DNA from: a virus | Strand: one strand, 5' to 3' | DNA length: 64,000 nt | Virus record (IMG/VR): IMGVR_UViG_3300020186_000396 | Span: 1-64,000 of that record | In this document: positions 58,218 to 64,000 of the stretch, piece after piece | How the letters are laid out: each line of letters starts with the position of its first letter | Numbering within the stretch: position 1 is the stretch's first letter | Translations under genes and position numbers: made by a program | The notes under the pieces: model-generated | What the model was told of the DNA's origin: nothing | The model's database searches: none | Seen by the model: only the letters and a program-made list of their open reading frames with translations

Positions 58218-58580
58218 ATGAAAAATAATAATAGGCAAAACGGCAGAAACAACAAATATAACCCGAAGGGAGGTGAAATTATTGCGAACTCGTCACGCAG
58301 CTATCCGACAGACGCTGTCCAAGCAATCCCGTTAGAGGTAACGGTATACAACAACTTTGACAAAGCGTTTAGAGCTTTTCGTGCTCTTGTCCAGAAAGAG
58401 AGGATTCTTTCTCTCTACAAGGAGAAGCAGTCGTTCGAGAAGCGTTCGGATAAACGCCGCAGGAAGCGCAATGAAATGCGCCGTAAGATGTTTGAGATCG
58501 AAATGAAACAAAACCGCCCGGCCGAAGAGCGAAAGCCCCGTAAGCGTGACGGTGAGACAGAAGAAGAAACGGTAAGATAA
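58218..58580 (+). CDS. rpsU: Ribosomal protein bS21 (phage-encoded)
   Basis: EVTVYNNFDKAFRAFR..VQKE.IL..YKEKQ.FEK.S.KRRRK; start uncertain (58218 or 58281). Confidence 0.85.
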   Translation: MKNNNRQNGRNNKYNPKGGEIIANSSRSYPTDAVQAIPLEVTVYNNFDKAFRAFRALVQKERILSLYKEKQSFEKRSDKRRRKRNEMRRKMFEIEMKQNRPAEERKPRKRDGETEEETVR

Positions 58581-58581
58581 T

Positions 58582-59070
58582 ATGGTTCAGCGCGTCAGAA
58601 ATCCAAATCGAAATTTACCACGGCCTCAAGTTCCGTATATCCCGGAATACCGTCGCCATGGCGTGCGCCCTGTGCCGATTGATGAGCAAGGGCGTGTCGA
58701 CGAAGAACAATTGGAATATGACGATGAGCCTGCCTCGTTCCGAGGCGGGCTCCCGCTGAGCGTTGGTGATCATAATGAAGCATCTTTTTTGGTTGATGGA
58801 AATAATGAATCTGAGTACGAAGTACCAGAGCCGGTCCCTCAGCGCCAACGTGGACCTAGACAATCTCATTCACGAAATTCTCCAAAGACACCGGGCCAAA
58901 TAGCCCCAGGTGAATATCTTTTACTAGTGAACGGACAAGTCGTCGGTTCTGGTTCAGAAGAACACGTGAAGAAAGCCGTTACATCTCTGATTTATAATCA
59001 ATCGCTGAATCCTAGTGACATGATTGTATTGAAGCGCATGGAGGTTGATTTTGGTGTCACCCTCAAATAA
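58582..59070 (+). CDS. Hypothetical protein
   Basis: 162-aa ORF. Confidence 0.65.
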   Translation: MVQRVRNPNRNLPRPQVPYIPEYRRHGVRPVPIDEQGRVDEEQLEYDDEPASFRGGLPLSVGDHNEASFLVDGNNESEYEVPEPVPQRQRGPRQSHSRNSPKTPGQIAPGEYLLLVNGQVVGSGSEEHVKKAVTSLIYNQSLNPSDMIVLKRMEVDFGVTLK

Positions 59071-59713
59071 TTGTATCTGCGCAAACGATCCTAATCAAGG
59101 TATGGTTGAGGGCTGCCCTCAGCACGACCCGCCAGCAGTTCCTACTCGTAAAGCTTCTGACGTTATATTGTCAATCGAGCGTCGATTCGACGTTCTGCTG
59201 CAAACAGCGACTAATTCGGACAACAATACCAAACTTCTTCTTGGTAGAATGAATCGGATTTGCTCGTTATTGGAAAGCATTGATACCCAATTAAAGTTGG
59301 GTAACGGAGCAGAGCCAGAACCTGAAATAGATCATCTTTCATATCTTCCAGAAATCGAAGTAGAAACGTCTCCTAAGGGTTATCGCCGAACAGCCAGGCC
59401 AGAGACATATTCTGATGAAAAGTCAGCTAGGGTCATACCAACCCAACAGAAGATATTTGATCCGAGCGGTAAGTCTGTGTATATGGCAGAAGTTGAAATT
59501 TTCAATGCCGCAGATCGCTCTTTAGTAACAAAGTTGCGATCTACTGCTGGGGGTAAATGGCAATTACCGTTAGCTCCAGGCGATTATATTGTTACGATTT
59601 TGAAACGTCCAAACGGGACTCGTAATAAGATGACTTATTCGAATAATTTTTCCGTAAAAGAAACGGACGGACCTATAGAACTAGAGTCAGCCAAATTAGA
59701 GCTTGAAAAATGA
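59045..59713 (+). CDS. Hypothetical protein with a C-terminal carboxypeptidase-regulatory-like beta domain
   Basis: G.W...L.PGDY.V pattern. Confidence 0.55.
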   Translation: MILVSPSNNCICANDPNQGMVEGCPQHDPPAVPTRKASDVILSIERRFDVLLQTATNSDNNTKLLLGRMNRICSLLESIDTQLKLGNGAEPEPEIDHLSYLPEIEVETSPKGYRRTARPETYSDEKSARVIPTQQKIFDPSGKSVYMAEVEIFNAADRSLVTKLRSTAGGKWQLPLAPGDYIVTILKRPNGTRNKMTYSNNFSVKETDGPIELESAKLELEK

Positions 59714-60039
59714 CAGACGGTTACGGCTCTAGGGAATTATTGGATTTAGTTATTGAGCAAACGAAAATTGTTCAGAGACTGTCTGATATTAATGAAGAGA
59801 TTAGTAATTTGCCAAAGATTCCTAAAGACATGGGATCATGGATGGACTCTCTCCCCGATTTGGATGCTCCAGCTAGTGAACGATTCAAAATTACGGATTT
59901 GAAAAAGCTTACTAAGCTGACCAAAGAATATAATAAGTTAAAGCTCAAGGAAGAAAGCAATACTACAAAGCTGCGTTTGGCCCTCATAGATAACGCGCTG
60001 CTTACGACAAACGAGTGCCTTAAGGATAAAGATGTCTAA
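59710..60039 (+). CDS. Hypothetical protein
   Basis: ATGA overlap. Confidence 0.6.
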   Translation: MTDGYGSRELLDLVIEQTKIVQRLSDINEEISNLPKIPKDMGSWMDSLPDLDAPASERFKITDLKKLTKLTKEYNKLKLKEESNTTKLRLALIDNALLTTNECLKDKDV

Positions 60040-60736
60040 GTTTCAAGTTATAGTTGCGGACTGTCCGTGGGAATTAAATGATTCGTTGACGATGTCAACG
60101 ACCCCACGAGGGGCATCTTCTAATTATCCATTGCTAGATACCACGGAACTTTGCAAGCTTAGAGTTAAAGATTTATCTGATCCTAGTGGGTGCGTTTTAG
60201 TTTTGTGGTCTCTCGGCTCGATGCTGGAAGATGCAATGAAGGTTATGAAGTCGTGGGGTTTTACGCAGAAACAAATTTTTGTTTGGGTAAAGACCAAGAA
60301 ACAGCCGCTTCAAAGTTTGAAAAAGAATTTGCGAAAAAGCAAAAAGCTTACCGGTGCTGAAGTTATCAGTAATGTTCAAAAAGAAATAGACGCATTCAAT
60401 GTAAATGACGTGCTGGCCTTTGGGATGGGTCGCCTATTTAGACAGACACACGAGATATGTTTAATCGGTATCAACTCGACTAAGATTTACAAATCATTAA
60501 AGAACAAGTCGCAACGATCGGTAGCGTTTCATCCAAGTACAAAGCATTCGAAAAAGCCGGAAGATCTTCAAGACTATCTTGAAACGATGTTTCCAAATAC
60601 AACGAAGCTAGAAATGTTTGGACGTAGATTGCGCCCTAACTGGACCGTTGTAGGTAATGAAGTATGCAAGGGCGAGGATATAAGAGATTCTATAGAAAGA
60701 CTCATAAAATCTAATGTACCAGGCGTTACTACTTAA
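60032..60736 (+). CDS. MT-A70 family adenine methyltransferase
   Basis: VIVADCPW (DPPW variant), WGF, WVK, GMG...R..HE.CL.G, HSKKP, LEMFGR, W...GNE. Confidence 0.9.
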   Translation: MSKFQVIVADCPWELNDSLTMSTTPRGASSNYPLLDTTELCKLRVKDLSDPSGCVLVLWSLGSMLEDAMKVMKSWGFTQKQIFVWVKTKKQPLQSLKKNLRKSKKLTGAEVISNVQKEIDAFNVNDVLAFGMGRLFRQTHEICLIGINSTKIYKSLKNKSQRSVAFHPSTKHSKKPEDLQDYLETMFPNTTKLEMFGRRLRPNWTVVGNEVCKGEDIRDSIERLIKSNVPGVTT

Positions 60737-61223
60737 TCTAAACTATCAAGTTTTAGAAATCATTCCTGAACGAAGAGCTATTAAACTTTATATCAAAGAT
60801 AAGGTGGAAGTTTTGTCTGTTTGGGATGACCAATATAGTTATTTATCTTCAAAGACTAACTATCCAGCAGTGTTGCGTTTACGTTATCTTATAAAACGTC
60901 CAATCAAAGAACTTGCGTTCAGTCGTTATGCCGTGTTCCGAAGAGACAGTTACATATGTCAGTATTGTGAAACTGGATTGACTTTACGCGATATTACGAT
61001 CGATCACATTACCCCGCGTACCGCAGGGGGAAAAACTACCTTTATAAATTGTGTTGCATCTTGCTATCCGTGCAATAACAAGAAAGGTGGTCGAACGCCA
61101 GAACAGGCAGGAATGAAACTTCGTCAGAAACCATTCGTACCTACTTCTAATGTTCAGGGAGCGGATAGTTTTAACCAAACATTATGGCATGACTCTTGGC
61201 AGTTTTATCTTCAAAACCGCTAA
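60714..61223 (+). CDS. HNH endonuclease (McrA-like)
   Basis: RD...CQYC, TIDHI.P...GG, N.V.SC..CN.KKG. Confidence 0.92.
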   Translation: MYQALLLNLNYQVLEIIPERRAIKLYIKDKVEVLSVWDDQYSYLSSKTNYPAVLRLRYLIKRPIKELAFSRYAVFRRDSYICQYCETGLTLRDITIDHITPRTAGGKTTFINCVASCYPCNNKKGGRTPEQAGMKLRQKPFVPTSNVQGADSFNQTLWHDSWQFYLQNR

Positions 61224-61275
61224 TAGTTTGCTATATAAGATCTAGTCGTAATTGACTGCGAAGGAGATGATTCAC

Positions 61276-61362
61276 ATGGCGAGTAAAAAGAAACCAGCGA
61301 AGAAGCCAGCGAAGGCACCTGCAAAGGCACCTAAGAAGGCTCCCGCTAAGAAAAAGAAGTAA
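61276..61362 (+). CDS. 28-aa Lys/Ala/Pro-rich histone-H1-like peptide
   Basis: MASKKKPAKKPAKAPAKAPKKAPAKKKK; AAGGAG SD upstream, terminator downstream. Confidence 0.75.
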   Translation: MASKKKPAKKPAKAPAKAPKKAPAKKKK

Positions 61363-61382
61363 GTTCGCAGGAACAAACTTAA

Positions 61383-61410
61383 GAAAAACGCGGCGTAAGC
61401 CGCGTTTTTC
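61383..61410. terminator. Bidirectional terminator-like hairpin
   Basis: GAAAAACGCGGC-GTAA-GCCGCGTTTTTC. Confidence 0.8.
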
Positions 61411-61453
61411 GTTTGGAGAATGAAATGTTTAATGATCCTGATCGATTGATTAT

Positions 61454-61497
61454 CATTCTCCAAAAAGAATACCCCTCCCTTTAGGGAAGGGATGAAT
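61454..61497 (+). mobile_element. Isolated left end of the tnpB element (copy F)
   Basis: TTAT | CATTCTCCAAAAAGAATACCCCTCCCTTTAGGGAAGGGATGAAT. Confidence 0.88.
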
Positions 61498-61528
61498 GTT
61501 TAATTCGTGCTGGTGTGGCTGGAAACAA

Positions 61529-61678
61529 TCAGAATAACTCGATTATTATGACGCCACGCTCTTCTTTTTCTTCAATCTTTGGTGCGAATGATGGAGGTGG
61601 TTGCGGTAGGTCAATGTAAAGTGGGAGTGGTTCTGGCTGAACTTCTTTAACTTTAGGTTTGATCCAAAATGGTAGCAT
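61529..61678 (-). CDS. Small Pro-rich protein (49 aa)
   Basis: MLPFWIKPK...PLYIDLPQPPP...EERGVIIIELF; TATAGA 7 nt upstream. Confidence 0.6.
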   Translation of the reverse strand: MLPFWIKPKVKEVQPEPLPLYIDLPQPPPSFAPKIEEKEERGVIIIELF

Positions 61679-61713
61679 CGTAGCCTCCTATAGGTATTAG
61701 ATAATATTGATTT

Positions 61714-61917
61714 ATGTTGTGCAAATCTTGTGAAAAACTAGGATTCAGAGAACGTCAATTGCCATGCAAAATGTGCAAAGGAACTGTGCAGTTCAACCTC
61801 TATAAGGTATGTGCTCAATGTTCGGAGCGCAAGAAGATTTGTGCCGTGTGTTTGAAAAAGATGACGAGAGCCCTAATACCCTCAGACCCAAATGGGTGCC
61901 CAAGTTGTGGTGGGTGA
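61714..61917 (+). CDS. Cys-rich zinc-finger protein
   Basis: Five CxxC pairs in 67 aa. Confidence 0.65.
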   Translation: MLCKSCEKLGFRERQLPCKMCKGTVQFNLYKVCAQCSERKKICAVCLKKMTRALIPSDPNGCPSCGG

Positions 61918-61930
61918 TATATTGGATTAG

Positions 61931-62449
61931 ATGCTGATAACAAACGACGAGAATGCTCTACGCGTTGATTGTACTGATGTTCAGCCAGAAGAGCTGGCAT
62001 CAATCAAAGAGGCGTTAGAACGCGAACTGGAGCGATGTGAACGACTCGGAAGGCCAGGCGTCGGGTTAGCTGCACCGCAGATCGGGATCGCTAAAAAAAT
62101 GGCTATCGTTAGAGTCGGTAACGTATCAATAGATCTAGTGAATGCCAGGATTGTGAACGGTTACGATCCACAGACGTTTACCGATGAAGGGTGTCTATCT
62201 TTTCCTGGTCGTGTGGAAAATACAACTAGGTTTCAGGAAATACACGTTTCTAACAATTTAGTTTATCCTGAAGGGTTTGTAGCGACGGGATTGATTGCGG
62301 TTGTGTGTCAACACGAATTGGATCATTTGAATTCTAAACTGTTTTTTGACTATGCAATTCCGAAGAAGCCAAAGGTTGAAAAGGTAGGCCCCAACGAGCA
62401 ATGCCCTTGTAAATCGGGCCGTAAATACAAGAAATGTTGTGCGAGGTAA
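61931..62449 (+). CDS. def: Peptide deformylase with C-terminal SEC-C motif
   Basis: GVGLAAPQIG, EGCLSF, QHELDHL; GPNEQCPCKSGRKYKKCC. Confidence 0.95.
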   Translation: MLITNDENALRVDCTDVQPEELASIKEALERELERCERLGRPGVGLAAPQIGIAKKMAIVRVGNVSIDLVNARIVNGYDPQTFTDEGCLSFPGRVENTTRFQEIHVSNNLVYPEGFVATGLIAVVCQHELDHLNSKLFFDYAIPKKPKVEKVGPNEQCPCKSGRKYKKCCAR

Positions 62450-62460
62450 TATGAAAAAAA

Positions 62461-62670
62461 ATGGGTGGCGACGCAACTAACCTTCTAATCGTAGAACTTA
62501 CACTTCGTATATCGGCTATTAAATCTCTTATGGTAAAGAAGGGTATTTTTACTGAATCTGAATTCGATGCCGAGATTGATGAAATACAACTAAAAATTAA
62601 GGACATGTTTACTGGCTCTGAAAGCCTCACGTCGGAGTTTCCGACCAAAAACAAACCACCATCTAACTGA
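62461..62670 (+). CDS. Hypothetical protein
   Basis: 69-aa ORF. Confidence 0.55.
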   Translation: MGGDATNLLIVELTLRISAIKSLMVKKGIFTESEFDAEIDEIQLKIKDMFTGSESLTSEFPTKNKPPSN

Positions 62671-63014
62671 TGATATCTATACTGGACGAATTAGATCTAA
62701 GGGATGTGCCTAACAATCACGTATTGTATTTTTATGCTAACTGGGTTCCTAAATCTATAGCTGGTCATATGCACCGTATGGCGGCAAAGGCAGAAGAATT
62801 TGGAGTTCCGGTCTATGCAATAGATGTTGAAGCATTCAAATCACAGGTTAAAAAGAACGATGTTATACGCGTCCCTACGCTTCTATTTTTTGTTGACGGA
62901 TCTCTATCAAAGAAAATAGAAGGTTATATATTAACAGCAACGTACAAAGCTGTATTACGAGAATTGTACAAAAAAGAAATTGAAGGATTAGATGAAAAAA
63001 GAAGAAGCAGTTAA
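62670..63014 (+). CDS. Thioredoxin-fold protein lacking CxxC
   Basis: LYFYANWVPKS, IDVE, VPTLLFF.DG. Confidence 0.75.
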   Translation: MISILDELDLRDVPNNHVLYFYANWVPKSIAGHMHRMAAKAEEFGVPVYAIDVEAFKSQVKKNDVIRVPTLLFFVDGSLSKKIEGYILTATYKAVLRELYKKEIEGLDEKRRSS

Positions 63015-63255
63015 GCAGCCGCCGAGTGTAAGTGACCAAATTTGGGCAGAAATTCGAGGAGTTGAAGCACCAATGTATGCGCTTCCAGCTAAAACAGTTG
63101 AGACGTTTTGTACCCGTCTTGATGTAGAGCCTTCTAAGGTGTATCTGAAACTTAATGCCCCAGCATTACTTCCAATGCTAGAGCAACTTTTTGCCAACAA
63201 GTACGATATTCAAATGGGAAAAATGTACTGCGAAATTTCACGCAAAGAGGAATAA
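62992..63255 (+). CDS. Hypothetical protein
   Basis: 87-aa ORF. Confidence 0.6.
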   Translation: MKKEEAVKQPPSVSDQIWAEIRGVEAPMYALPAKTVETFCTRLDVEPSKVYLKLNAPALLPMLEQLFANKYDIQMGKMYCEISRKEE

Positions 63256-63256
63256 G

Positions 63257-63757
63257 ATGGCGATTAAGCCTAAGCCGAAAACTCCGGCACCATTTGGTGA
63301 CGACGAGGACGATATTGAAGACGAGCCAAGTACTAATCGGATAAAAATTAAAGGTAAAGAAGTACAAAGCCCTTTACGTCAGTCTCAAGAATTTCAGGGA
63401 GCCGCCGCTGAGGCGCATGAGCGTTCTATGGAATACAAAAATCGAGCCTATACATTGGGTAAGAATTTCATAGAATTGATTACGGATAAGACGCTCATCG
63501 AGAATAAAGGCTCGATTGCTCTGCATGCAGAGAATCAAGTTGTAAGCGACTTGGCTAAACTTGCCATCGATATGAACAACGATGAAACCCAGGATGAGGG
63601 AATGGGCTCGATCGGGCTGCTGGTCTTGATGTTTAAGACAGCACTTTCACAAAGAAACAGGATAAATGCGTTAGAGTATAAACTCCAAAAGCTGGAGAAA
63701 AATCCCTCAAGTGTACAGAGTCGAGATCCAGAAGTTGTAACTTCTCCTCAGAAATGA
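63257..63757 (+). CDS. Hypothetical protein
   Basis: Likely start MAIKPKP. Confidence 0.65.
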   Translation: MAIKPKPKTPAPFGDDEDDIEDEPSTNRIKIKGKEVQSPLRQSQEFQGAAAEAHERSMEYKNRAYTLGKNFIELITDKTLIENKGSIALHAENQVVSDLAKLAIDMNNDETQDEGMGSIGLLVLMFKTALSQRNRINALEYKLQKLEKNPSSVQSRDPEVVTSPQK

Positions 63758-64000
63758 TTCTTTCGATATGAAGACCGTAACGCGCGAGCAAGTTTTGGTT
63801 CTTCTGACTGAAGAATTGGAAAAATGGAACGAGTACTCAACACTATGCAGCCACTTCCTGATAGCACCGGATCCGATAGCGGCAGCCAGACACCGGGGGA
63901 AGGTGGAGGTTTTTCGGACCCTACTGGGCGAAAAGTAGATCTTCGCAGTCTGATCAATCAGGCTAACTCAATACCGATTTCTACAATCGTTACTTCGTAT

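Noticed and set aside
1-64000. Alternative genetic code (stop-codon recoding)
   Set aside because: Conserved genes are full length in the standard code, and TAA, TAG and TGA all end genes
63824-64000. Partial ORF that might begin a primase
   Set aside because: Truncated by the window before any diagnostic motif

Overview
This looks like a 64-kb segment of a large (jumbo-type) dsDNA bacteriophage. It has dense, short genes with ATGA-type overlaps and no virion genes in view. A Myxococcota/deltaproteobacterial host is a tentative inference. Contents: (i) an RNA-repair/counter-defence region with Pnkp, two RNA ligases, Thg1, a macrodomain protein, a Pol-beta nucleotidyltransferase and tRNA-Ser; (ii) a ~20-kb nucleotide-sugar/glycosylation region; (iii) host-takeover genes (HU-like, TraR/DksA, an active plus a dead ClpP, FtsK motor, topoisomerase I, bS21, MT-A70, peptide deformylase, tRNA-Arg). 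The most striking structure is a family of seven IS200/IS605 (IS1341-like) tnpB elements and derivatives, all inserted 3' of TTAT, with no tnpA in the window. The tnpB coding sequence is tiled almost end to end with ~18 perfect hairpins. One copy has its RuvC-I segment inverted yet keeps an open frame. Short derivatives fuse the tnpB promoter directly to a compact omegaRNA-like scaffold, each with a different flanking guide, and one has scaffold plus guide flipped. Other signals: a shared C-terminal [KR]-hydrophobic-x-x-[LMF]-x-stop motif on ~11 proteins; many apparent leaderless promoters (-10 box 6-7 nt before the start codon), contrasting with a perfect extended SD inside the bS21 gene; and several catalytically degenerate enzyme paralogs. 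All calls come from motif reading only; no database searches were run.
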